Assembly (NCBI GenBank): GCA_963693365.1 | Contig: CAVNZM010000013.1 | Coordinates: 6,252,640 to 6,316,639, forward strand | Length of the DNA stretch: 64,000 bases | Source: Amoebidium appalachense | Lineage: Eukaryota; Protista; Ichthyosporea | Direction: 5' to 3' | Shown: one piece after another, positions 28,105-57,816 of the stretch | Numbering within the stretch: position 1 is the stretch's first letter | How the letters are laid out: every line of letters begins with the position of its first letter | The notes under the pieces: model-generated | Seen by the model: the letters and a program-made list of their open reading frames with translations, nothing else | What the model was told of the DNA's origin: nothing | Database searches by the model: none | Position numbers and translations under genes: made by a program

Positions 28105-31100
28105 ATCTCATCCGCAGCAGGGGCCGGGCTGGCGCGAGGGCTGGCTGTGGCCCCCCCAGAGGCAGGCTGCCGGGGTGTGCAGGGAGCGGTGGGTGCCTGG
28201 TGCAGGCGGGCACCAGACAGGGACACGGCCAGCTGCACAGCGTCGGGTGCGTCGAGTGGGCGGCCAGAGGCAGCGCACGACCGGCGGTGTGCATCCTCCC
28301 AGCGCATGATGGCAGCCCACTGGTACTCGGGTGCCAACTCAGTGGCCACAAACTCGGCATGGGCCAGCAGGGCCGTGACGGGGGCGTCGGCGTTGATGCG
28401 TAGGCGTAGCAGCTGCAAGATGCAGCGCAGGTAGGTCTGCAGGTCCGGGCACAGGGCGGGCTGGCGCTGGGTGCCAGGCGTCTGCAGCACAACCGTGCCA
28501 GCAGGCAGGCCAGGCAGGGAAACCGGCTGGCGCTGCGTGTGGACAGAAGAGCCCGTGGGCGGCAGCAGGTCGAGTAAAGCGAAATGCTGCATAGGCTCGA
28601 AGATGGCAGCCCCCCGGACCTCCGGGGACAGGTGGGGGCAGGGTGGGTTCGACTGGCTGCGCTGGCTGGCCCCCCAAACGGCCAGTTGCAGGGCATTGGG
28701 CGGCGGAGGCAGCTGGTGCATTGTAAACAACTGTACACATGAACTGTACATGTTTACTAAAGAATGTGATCTACTAGCACACGATTCGTGCTTTGTCATG
28801 AATATCACATAAATATTATGTCCGCACCAATAGGACTCACTCTGACCTAAGAATTGAACCATATATGGTTCTTCAGCTGCATACCACATAAACGAAGTGA
28901 ACCAATAAGAGGTTTGCATAAATAGGACAAAGGTCTGACTGGCTCGGACCGCACCAGAATCACGAATGGCATGTTGCCACCCGCGCTGGCCGCGGATGAA
29001 CCAATCCTGGGCCTTGATCCGAAACCTGGGGGCTATATAAGAAAGCCGTCCCAGTACGGGGATCACATCAGTGAAGTCTGAGACAGACTGAGTCGGCCCA
29101 TAGTAAAAGCAACCTGGCCGCGTGTGCCTTTCTACCCGTTCTCTGTCTTTATTTTGATTCAGTTGTACTCTGCCTTATCCTAACTAGTCCAACTGTTTAC
29201 ATTGGCGACCACGCAGTTCAAGAATCTCGAATCCTTCGAATCTCACATCTTTCAATCAGTTCAAGAATCTCACATCTTTCAATCAGCTCAAGAATCTCCA
29301 ATGGCCGATCACAATCCTTATTACCCCGATGATAGGCACATCTTTCCTTGTCCGGCTTAGAATATATACACCGACAAGTTTGAAGTGGCCAGCCCACCTA
29401 CACGGAAAGAATTGAAAGCATGTAAAACTTCTTTTGCTACGACACATCAAAAATGTGAAGAAAAACGAATACACAACGAAACAACGAATACACGAACAAA
29501 CGAATAAAGAATTGCTAACGAAGCAATGAACCAACGAAAAACGAACCATCACGAATACGCAATGAAATAAAGAATTAACGACAAGCGAATGCATAGAGGA
29601 AATACGAAATGAATGCAACACAAAACAAAACAAAGTAACGAAGTTATCAAACGACAAAAAACGAAAAACGAAAGCAAAATGAAATGGAAATACGAAAATG
29701 AAAGAACGAATGCACAACACTGCTTGGGTTGCAATGCACACAGCCCCCTCTATGTTAGGAAGAAAATAAAACCGTTGCCCTTGCGTGCATTGCGCTATTG
29801 CACACTGTCATCGTGTCCATGCCACCGCATGCACCTCCACACTCGCAAGCCAGATGCACGGCCACTTTCAGCACGAATGCATTTAAAGAAGAAGATAGTC
29901 GCTGTTCCTATAGCATTGAGGACATAAGGTGCTGTGAAAGTAGTTTTGCATGCATGCTTCGAATTTCTTGCTGTTTTCGAATACAGCATGCCCCATAGTT
30001 TAGCGCACAGGATGCACAACATGCGCATGAATGTATGCTGGCATGCCTAAACACATTACGAACATATGCCTCATGTATGGCGGCCCTTCCTGGTGCCACG
30101 CCCTAACGAATTTGCACTCTTGGTGCACAAAAGGCATGTAATAAAGTCGATGCAGAACTTTTGTTCATGCATGTGAAAAACAAAGAAGGTGTTGGGTACG
30201 AATTTTAAGGTGAATGCCCGTCTGTGGCAATACTGTGTAACATACCAATTACACTGTCAAGCCTTGCACTAGCTGCCGGCACACCCCCACCAGAACAAAA
30301 GAATGTGGTATGGGCACCGTTCCCTCACAACCCCAGCATACAGTGTCAGTATTTTGGCTGGAAGCCTTTCAGTTTCGAATTACGAATACCCTCCTTCACT
30401 ACTGAAGAAAGTGACGTGGAAGACGAATACGAATACGAATGCAAGGTGTTGTTGACTAACACATCGGACCATCATGTGTACCTACTAGGCCCTGGTACGG
30501 AGGTGACCATGTTATTCCCTTGCAATATGATGACACTGTAACAATTTAGCACGTGCATACCCCACCAATGGGCACATGCGGGAGACAACCCCACAAGCTG
30601 CCTTATTGGGCACCTCTGCTAAAACGAATATTCTTCTCACGAAGGAACAGAAGAATGCCACGAACACGAACCACACACCCCCCAGGCAGCTACTTACGTC
30701 TGATGTATGAAAGTAGTAGGTGTGTGAATGGGGTAACTTCATGAACACCAACACGAAAGCAAGCACAGCACAAAGCAGTTCCACGAATACGAATGGTTTT
30801 GGTATTCCACACAACGAACAGAACCTACAGTAGGGCCACCTACAAATGAAGCAGAGGATGGGGCACCATCCAGACCTGCACTGGAGGATATGAAGATACG
30901 AAGCGCGCTCACGAAGTTGCTTACAAAAGAAAGGGCGACTGCGACGACTTTTCTTTTTAGGCCAAGCCTCCAGAAGAATGTATTATGCCTGGAATCCCCC
31001 TGCTCAACGAAAATGGCTGGCAAATGGGATACGAAAACTGCTCACGAATGGAAGCATGTGTTTTCTGAAGGAGGCTTGCTTTGCCTACCCTCTTCTTATG

Positions 31101-32553
31101 AATTATGAACCGGGCTTTTACTGGTTCTGACGGGTGATATATTTCTTTATGTCGCCCAACGAAGAACACTTGGGCATTTTTATTCATGTTTTTCCCAGCT
31201 CCGATGATGCAGAGTTAAAGCTGAAAGGAAAGAAGTGCTATTTGTTCATGAAAGAAGCGGCTTTTCCGGCCATGGTGACTCGCCTTACAGTCTTATGGTA
31301 GAACCGGGATAAGGAGCAGTGGCTAAGCCTTGAAGCTATCCACCACTACCTGAGCTACGAAGTGACCTAAGGCTCGAGTTATATTCATTATCGAATGTTT
31401 GGTATGATCATTCATCCACACAACCAAATTACTCGCAATTGAAAACGAATCTGCGGGAGTATCCTAAAAAGGAAAAATTCCCAAAAAGGAAAATACTACT
31501 TCTACAGAAAAGCCAAGCACAGAGACGAAGGCTTAGCGAATTATTTGCACGCACACTCTGCAACAATCTTCGCCACGAAAATGAAATCACAGAAGAATGC
31601 TGCATGAATTTACGTTTTGGCAAATGAAGAAGTGCTCATAGACGTGCACAACTCTATTCAACCGTCCTTGCTCTGTTCTGCCCAGCAGCTCGGCGCACAA
31701 GAATTCTCGCTGAAGGTTGTTTATCGCCTCTCAGCCTGGTGGTTTGCTTGTCTAACGACACCACCAGGCTCCCGACAAGGGGGGGAGTGTAAACAACTGT
31801 ACACATGAACTGTACATGTTTACTAAAGAATGTGATCTACTAGCACACGATTCGTGCTTTGTCATGAATATCACATAAATATTATGTCCGCACCAATAGG
31901 ACTCACTCTGACCTAAGAATTGAACCATATATGGTTCTTCAGCTGCATACCACATAAACGAAGTGAACCAATAAGAGGTTTGCATAAATAGGACAAAGGT
32001 CTGACTGGCTCGGACCGCACCAGAATCACGAATGGCATGTTGCCACCCGCGCTGGCCGCGGATGAACCAATCCTGGGCCTTGATCCGAAACCTGGGGGCT
32101 ATATAAGAAAGCCGTCCCAGTACGGGGATCATATCAGTGAAGTCTGAGACAGACTGAGTCGGCCCATAGTAAAAGCAACCTGGCCGCGTGTGCCTTTCTA
32201 CCCGTTCTCTGTCTTTATTTTGATTCAGTTGTACTCTGCCTTATCCTAACTAGTCCAACTGTTTACATGCATGTCGCCACCCTGAGGGTCCTCCTCACGG
32301 GGGCGCTTGTTGGCGTTGCCGGGGGGTTGCTCTACAGCATCCACGGCCCCCGCCGCAGCGGCAGGGGGCCCCGTGACAGGGGGGTTCCTACCGGTTCCGC
32401 CCCCGCCAAGGTTGACGAGGTGGGGGAAGGCGCGCAGGAGAAGATCTTGCTGGGAAGGGGGGGCCGGGCTGGCCTGCAGGGCCTGACGGGTCGCGTTGGC
32501 CACCTCAGAAGCAAACATGCGAATGGTCGCTGCCAGCTCAGGGGTCAGGGCAA

Positions 32554-32616
<63 letters not shown>

Positions 32617-32689
32617 CGTCCTGCACAGGAGGGCGCGCCTCCTGCCCTGCCTGTGCTGCAGGGCCATTGTCTGTTGGGTCTACTTCCAT
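27942..32689 (-). pseudogene. Ngaro ORF1 (gag-like, C-terminal Cys/His zinc finger), disrupted by an LTR-element insertion
   Basis: Removing 28722-32267 and one TGCAT copy rejoins ...GGDMH|QLPPPPNALQ... in frame from the ATG at 32689. The C-terminus is CRGFN..GC....CRYKHACLKCGSAAHGAHAC; a (CAG)n poly-Q lies near the N-terminus. Confidence 0.85.
28722..32267 (+). mobile_element. Non-autonomous Ty3/Gypsy-like LTR retroelement
   Basis: 480-bp LTRs (28722-29201, 31788-32267) with TGTAAACA...TGTTTACA ends and a 5-bp TSD TGCAT. PBS TGGCGACCACGCAG at 29203-29216 (tRNA-Arg-like 3' end); [14 protein letters not shown] at 31777-31787. The interior lacks intact ORFs but keeps an RT relic (LKLKGKKCYLFMKE, ~31130-31320). 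Confidence 0.92.
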
Positions 32690-32973
32690 ACTTGAGCCGC
32701 CGTGTGCTAGCCACCGAAAACGCAATCGTGCTAACAAAAACCGTACGTGCAGCACACGGCGAAAACGAAGGTGGCCTGCATCTGCAGTGTGCTGCGCCGG
32801 AAATACCGGCGCTGGTGGCGCCTGACGTCAGGCGCTGCGCCAGACCGATGTCAGCCGCCGCTGCGGCTGCGCCTGGCGCCGCGGCCCGTGACGTCATGGG
32901 CCGCCCGGCTGCCTGCGCCCGAAGTGATCCGTGAAACATCTTTCATCTGCTGCGCATATGAAACGTACACAAA

Positions 32974-33135
32974 CTCGGGAACCAGTGTTTCGAGCCGGGA
33001 ACCACTGTTTTGCGGATCGGCCCGGGAACCAGTGTTTCGAGCCGGGAACCACTGTTCCGGCCCGGGAACTAGCCCCTGGATTCGACCCGTGTTTGTTCCC
33101 GGGAACTGCATTCCAGCTGCTGGAATGCGGGAACA
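32974..33135. repeat. Tandem array of ~20-nt CGGGAACCA(G/C)TGTTT units, continuing on the other side of the Ngaro element (23768-23815)
   Basis: The same units, including ttgcggatcggcccgggaaccagtgttt, are read on both flanks. Confidence 0.85.
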
Positions 33136-34010
33136 CCGTATCACTGAGGTGCTGCCGAATGTGGCATGCGACTGAGCCGGCCAATCATGTTTTGCCATTC
33201 GGAGCCATTTTCAGAATGGTCCAATCAGAAGATTGCATTGACCGCATTTCGATATCGACATTGACTCGTCAAGCCGGCAAGCACCCTTTCTAGTTACACC
33301 ATATACAAGGTATCGTTATTAGAGTAAAGTTCAATTTTTTTTTGCATAAGACGAAGGATAAGTGTATATTTTAATCCCGTGCAACTTTTATTTGGCTAAT
33401 TCCTATCAACTTCATGCTCTCACATTAGAGCACGAACCGGCTCATGTCGATGTCAGTTGACTAGATGTCGATCTCGTGGAAATTATGGATCCAGGTTGGG
33501 CTGGAGTTGGCCAGCTTAACCGTATTGTCCTTTGGCCAATCGTAACGGACAGTTTCTAAATCGTAACGGGGGGGTTCTTGGGGATCTGCCAGTGCAAGCC
33601 TAGCTAAAAACGCCCCTCCAGTCACAAAACTCAAAATACGCGTTTACAGATTGAGTATCGCAAAATTACAAGCCCTGGACAATTGTCGGGGTTCGATATT
33701 GCTCATGAGAAGCGCTGTAGATATGTTCTTGAACAGAAATATTGAAAAAATTAGGTACAGTTAGAAATTAGGGGCCTTAAAGCGTTAATAATGCTATACA
33801 TCTAATACGAAAGCTGTTACGACGGCACCCTAACCTTATTCGTATCGGGGTCTTTCGTTAATCGTAATAACGACGATTTTTTTCGTAATCCCCCCCCTGT
33901 ACGGATCTGAACAGGTTAAGCCAATCAAAATGCAGTTTTGTGAAAAGTACCGGTCATAGCCAATCATAAACGCTGCACATGGCTGCTTATATTGCGAGGA
34001 ACTATATATA

Positions 34011-36538
<2,528 letters not shown>

Positions 36539-36645
36539 TGTTCGGGGTCAAGCCATGAGTCGGTCCCAGTTTTGCCACCTCTTTGTGTTCGGTGTGCGCA
36601 GTGTTTGTCGTTCATCACTCGCTCCGTCTAAGAAAGAGGGAAACC

Positions 36646-37292
36646 ATGACGAAACTTGCCGTTGTAACCCTTTTGGCAGGCACGGCCACCGCCGGCCCCA
36701 TCCACCTTCAACAGAGCACGCATGAAGACACGCCTCTTATCACAGAGGAGCTAGTCGACAGCATCCACACTTCGCAGGGTTTGTGGCAGGCAACAGCTGC
36801 AAACGACGACAAATGGCCCTTTCACGGGTGGTCAACAAATGATTTCCAGGCTGTCGTCATGCGCAGAGAGAAGCCCCTCACGTCCACAGGGCCCGATTTT
36901 CTGAGCAGAAACGACAAGGAGCCTCTGCCACTCAAGAACCACGACGTTGATTTATCGGCGCTCCCCAAGAACTATGATGCGCGACACAAGTACTTCGACT
37001 GCCAGGTGGGTTGAATTTCGTACATACTTTTTGCTTGTAATAATTGATAACTTAACAGCTGATATCTGCATTGTAGTTTGGGCGTTCCTGAGGTCAATCC
37101 TCGGTGTCACTCTGCATTCGGTGGGACATATTGTAATATAGAATGTCGCATGCGCAGACGGAACCAGATTTCTTTAAGTTACATCGTTGAATGTTACAAG
37201 ACTTACTCTTCTTCTCTCTCTCTATCCCCCCTTCCCCCTCCCCTCACCAATGTGTAGCTTTTTTCATTTCTTTATGTTTTCATTTTATGCGC

Positions 37293-37326
<34 letters not shown>

Positions 37327-38096
37327 GGGGAGGGGGGACTCCACGGGAAACGAGAGCGCCCTTGGTGATCAGAAACGGGCAGTCCCTTTCCTTTCACGAG
37401 TCTTTGAAAATGCAGCACAAATACCCACCTCAAACACGCACACACACTCTCAACCTTAAACCTTGGGTAAACCATCACTGGCTGACAACGCGTGGCTTTT
37501 GCTTCAAAACCACACAAAGACGCTGTTCCAGGTGCGTGATCAAGGCAAGTGCTCTTCATGCTGGGCGTTTGGCATCACATCGGCTATGAGCCAGCGGCTG
37601 TGCATCCATAGCAACGGCATATTCCAGGACATGCTCTCGGCCATCGACCCAATGACATGCTGCGACAACTGCCAGGAGGGCTTCTGCCAGGAGGGCGACC
37701 CTGGGTCGGTCTACACCTATTGGTGGGTTATCATGCATAGGTGTGGGTCTCTTTTTGCGCTTTTGGAGTTTGTGCTGTGTAGGATGTCGCTGCCCCTTAT
37801 TGCTTTTTTTTTTTGTTTTGTTTTTTTTTTCCCTCCCCAAGTCAAAAGTGTACATGTATCACAGCGCAAATCTTCAGGGGGGAACGGGGGCTGGGGGGGA
37901 GGGGATGTGGTGAGAATGCCTTAAAAACATGAGAAGCCATGAGAATTCCTAAATGTAAGGAGAGAGGGTGGACGTGGCCACGGTGCACTCTCATCTATCT
38001 TATCAAGTGTTTAATCAGAAATGTAATGCCAATATGTTTTTTTTTTCTTCATCTTCGTTTTCTTGCCTTCCTCCTTTTATAACCTCTCAAAGGAGG

Positions 38097-38130
<34 letters not shown>

Positions 38131-38866
38131 GGCGGGGAGGGGCGGGGAGGGGCGGGGCGGATGTTTCCAGAGGATCCGGGAGGGCCATTTTCCGGGGGGG
38201 GGGGGGGGGGGGGAGGGGGGGGAGGAAGGGGGGGGGGGGGGGGGGGGGGGGGGAGGGGGGGGGGGGGGGGAGGGGGGGGAGGTGGGATTTCTTTCTTGTG
38301 TGGAGCTTGACACAGGTCGGATTTCCCGCCTGACATTTGCGCAAAAAAACAGGAAGATCTAGAGCCACGGCATTGTGACCGGGGACGACTACGGGTCCAA
38401 CATCGGCTGCCAGCCCTACCCTGTGCCCCAGTACATGCACGGCAAGGGCATCAAGGACGTCCCAAGCAACCACACGTGCAGCGCCGCATGCACAAACCCC
38501 TTCTGCCCCCAAAATGCAAACAGAGACCGCACCTACGCAAAGGAGGTATACAGGATCCGCCCGTTTGACGTCCCGAGCGCAATGTGGGAGATTTACCATC
38601 ACGGTCCCATTACGTCTGTGTTTGAAGTGTACACGGACTTCAGCGCGTACAAGAGCGGAGTGTACATCAAGACGCCCACGGCAAACTACACGGGCGGACA
38701 CACGACGGTGGTCGTTGGGTGGGGAGAGGAGAATGGTGTTCCCTATTGGACGTGTATTAACAGCTGGAATAAGCTGTGGGGACACCACGGTTTCTTTAAT
38801 ATTCGCCGCGGAACAAACGAGGTTGCTATTGAGTCTGACATGACGGCTGGTATCCCTAAACTTTAA
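36646..38866 (+). CDS. Cathepsin B-like cysteine protease (papain family C1A); exons ~36646-37005, 37520-~37722, ~38353/38363-38866
   Basis: Signal peptide, LPKNYDAR, RDQGKCSSCWAF (catalytic Cys), GCQPYP, YKSGVY, GGH (His) and INSWN (Asn). The exon 2/3 junction is ambiguous (see findings). Confidence 0.85.
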
Positions 38867-39541
38867 GGCAGTTACTTCGCCTGTGCCCAAAAAAGGCAGG
38901 TAGTGGCAGAGCCAATGGATTTAGTCCGTGGTTGCCGTTTGCGCAAAAACAGGTAGGAAGTTGTGCTGGCCTGTGTGTGCCCAGTTAGTGTGGTGCATCT
39001 AGTATAGATATATTTACAAGTCACGGTATGCATGCAATTATATGTATGCATGTCTATGTATGTATGTGTATATTTTATGAATATTCGCTAGCTACATCAT
39101 CTGGCAGTATATATGGTATTAAATGGAACGAGGCTGGGTTCGAGGCAATTTCTGTTAAACGTAGTCGTCTTTTGCCGTGCCAGCGGGTCCTGCAACTTTT
39201 ATGCAAACCAACTTATGATATCAATCGCTTATTTAATGCACCCAGAGCAGAAAATGGTAATACAGTTTATGTCGACACACCTTTTATTTAGTATAGAGGC
39301 AGGGTAACCTGGGTAACCTAAAAACAATGCACAAAGGCACGACCCTGAGACACAGCAGCGAACTTAAGTGCTGAGAAAAAAAGAGATGCCTGGGAGGAAG
39401 GAGGCCGAAGCAGGCAACGAAGGGGGTGGGGGGGGGGGGGGGGGGGGGGGGGAGAAGGGATGGACAACGGCCAAGCATTCGTTGTCCCCCGAAAGAGTCT
39501 GCGGTGGTGCAGCGGCCTTTGGGGGGGGGGGGGGGGGGGGG

Positions 39542-39812
39542 GGGAAGGCAGTATAGGGAACTTGGGAAAGTGTTTCGGGGGGGTGGGGGGTGGGGGGAAG
39601 GCAGTATAGGAAACTTGGGAAAGTATCCGGGGGGGGGGGGGGAGGGGGGGGGGGGGGAAGGCACTATAGGGAACTTGGGAAAGTATTGGGGGGGGGGGGG
39701 GGGGGGAGGGGGGGAGAGAAGGGAGTATAGAGATCTTGGGAAAGTGTGCCCGGGGGGGGGGGGGGGGGGGGGGAGGGGGAAGGCAGCCGTAGTATTGGCA
39801 ACTTGGGAAAGT
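39542..39812. repeat. Five ~30-nt units GGAAGGCAGTATAGGGAACTTGGGAAAGT separated by G-runs
   Basis: Read directly, between the convergent 3' ends of the cathepsin and adhesin genes. Confidence 0.8.
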
Positions 39813-40098
39813 GTCAGGACGGAACTTCTTGTAATCCCAGTATTATGCTGGGCTTATATTTCGTATCTAATAATAGGTAACATAAGGGCGCGTACAGAGT
39901 GCCCTTATAGATCATCACTGATGACCACCATATACTTTAATAAACCCCCCTCCCCCCCACCCCCCCCCCCCCCCCGGTCAAGTTCAGTAAAACGGCGCAT
40001 TCAACGATAGGGGTTTGTTAAAGTTTCAGGCACCTAAAAAGATACCATAAGTCTGTCGAAACATTCACGAATATGGACTATAAACAGCATGCACCAAA

Positions 40099-55482
<15,384 letters not shown>

Positions 55483-57816
55483 GCTAGCTGATTTATGGAA
55501 GTAATATAACGGTGTGCAGAGGCAATAGCTATAGTTGAAGTATTCTAACTTTAAATTTATATAACTACGGTAATACTCCGATGTGTGTTTTCGCAGCCAG
55601 AGTTCCCAAACCGAGTGGGAAGCAAAATGGCTTATTACTAAGAATATTCGAATCAGGGCATGAGGTTTTATAAGGGCCTGTGCCCTCACGAGCCACGTTG
55701 CTGCAGGTGCATGCGATGTCTGAGTCCACAGATAAGATTGCGCCACTGGGTTTAAATGATTGAAGATCTCATGCACATGTATTGTAGGCTTACAGCCATG
55801 CGACGAATACAATGCCTCTGATCGGTAAACAACATATGAATGAATTGGCCGACAATATCGTGCTGATATGCTACATTATTGGGCCGAAAATCGAGGTTGA
55901 ATTCGAAGCCAACAAGTGTATTGTTCCCCTGTGCAGAGTGCACCCCCAGCCGATTCGGCGATGTGGCCTTCTGTGGCGTGCTGCTCTATTAGCTCTAAAA
56001 TCCCAAAATACATCGATTATTTGATTGGGTTAGACGGCACCAACAAATTGCTTCGATTGGTTAAATTCTCTTGGAGCCAAAACCTTTGTGCCAATCATGT
56101 GCGCAGGATTGATGATCTTATACCTGGCACCTAGAGCAGCAGTGAAATATTTGGATGTTGATAGTTGATGTTACAGCCTTCTGCCTGAAGGTACACTGTC
56201 GATGATGGTAGGTCACGTTCGCGGGCACCTGTTCATATTACCAATCCCAAGAATTCAAACACGATGATGTTGTGGGTTCAAGAGCATTTGCCTCCACTTA
56301 TGCAACGGTTCGCGGCGAGCCGCCCGCAGACTGGCAGTGGTCAGGCCACTGGCCCACTGCATGCGGCCAGCAGTTTGGAGGTAATCTTATGATTGGACAC
56401 TCCGTTCTTAATGCAATTGTAGCAGCCGGCGCCGGCCCGCGCCTGGCCCACGAAACTTCGACATCATCATGATGTTCAAGTTGGTGCGGTGCGGGGGGCC
56501 CGGGTACCATATCAGGAGCAATTTTTGAATTCTCCCTCCCCGGCCCCGCCGGGGAAAATTTGAGGTTTTTGGACCTCAAAGAAGTCAAATCCTGCAAAAT
56601 CCACTACCGGGAGGCCAAAAAGGGTGATTTTACAAAAAAGGAGGGACATACATGAAAAAGAGAAAATGGGCGAGTTCAGTGGGCTGCCGATAAGTATATT
56701 TCGTGCTGGGCCGGTATACATGCTGCCGTGGTTGTTGCTGTAGACGGCAGTATGGCATCGCATGTGTCACGTGACCTGCACGTGAATGCGACCATGTGCA
56801 GGCACTGAGTCTAGGGGGGATTTGTATGTGTGTTCACGTGCCTATGTGTGTCTTGTTAGAGCATGCTTGGAACATATAGGTATGTGTAACATTGTATTTT
56901 CCAGCATACAGTTGTGTACCACGCTGTACAACTTGCCAACAAGATTATTATTCTTCACTCTCAGATAAAAAAATAAAATAAAAAAAAGAAAGAAACACGC
57001 GTGGCTTTTGCCGAGGCTGAAATGACTGTGCGCAGCCTCACCCCGGCCGGATTCTGGACAGGGCTGTGCTGCCCGCTGGGAGTGCGATGCATCTCCTGCG
57101 ATTGGTTAGACAAATCCAAATTATGCGCGAAAGCCAATCGTAACAGAGGTATTTGAAGGACTACATTCCAGAGAATAAACTGGTTCCTGACGGTTATATA
57201 CGTTTATTGGACTGGTCACCAATGTATTCCTATAGTGATGTAATGGTTTTTACCTTTCTAAGTAAAACCAAGGTTGCCTCTCGTCTTTATGAAGAGTGTT
57301 ATGAGATTTTGTCGCTGTATGCAGTAAAATATTGCCGCAATACTTGTACCGTTTGCGTAACAAAGAAAATTTGTAGAGCGAAGCAGATTCCTCAGTTTAT
57401 ATTGCCCCAAGGTGAGAATAGAGTGCATAAATAAAAGGCTAGGAAAAACACTATAATAAATTTTTTTCATCCAATGCATGTTTTTGGTTTTTATTGTCAT
57501 AAATAAATGTCTTTTGGGGGGCTAAGTGCATCAAAATAAGCGAATGATACTACGACGAAAGTTTCTCAACAGTGGTCGCGATATACCCTCCTCCGACCTC
57601 CCATATAAACAAACCAACACGGCCCAAATCCCTTCACACCCACTTCGTAAGGCTCGGGCACGGGTGTTGGAAAGGTAAGCACACAATATAGACACCCGTC
57701 TTTTCCTAACACTATTGTCTATACGTGTCTGTGCTTCATTAATTCTCACACGACAAAAACACCCATACTCTTTCTTGTCCGCACGGTAATCGCCGAGCAC
57801 ACACCCCGCACCCACC

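Larger units (their letters stand above)
23816..32969 (-). mobile_element. Ngaro-type (DIRS order) tyrosine-recombinase retrotransposon with split direct repeats
   Basis: Order on the minus strand is A1 (32969-32694), gag, RT/RNase H, YR, B1 (24470-24338), A2 (24337-24062), spacer, B2 (23947-23816). The A copies are 276 bp and apparently identical; the B copies are ~132 bp. Confidence 0.92.

Noticed and set aside
31752-32132. 126-aa ORF duplicated at the start of ORF 27942-29066
   Set aside because: It is the antisense reading of the LTR, and the apparent fusion to gag is a by-product of the insertion.
32974-33135. CRISPR-like array next to RT and recombinase
   Set aside because: Units are near head-to-tail with 4-12 nt recurring linkers, not unique spacers.
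38360-38362. TAG stop-codon reassignment
   Set aside because: TAG appears to be a normal terminator for the adhesin (after NPLYGV) and the YR ORF, and I saw no other in-frame TAG in conserved exons.
39542-39812. CRISPR-like array
   Set aside because: Spacers are G homopolymers, the repeats are degenerate, the context is eukaryotic and there are no cas genes.
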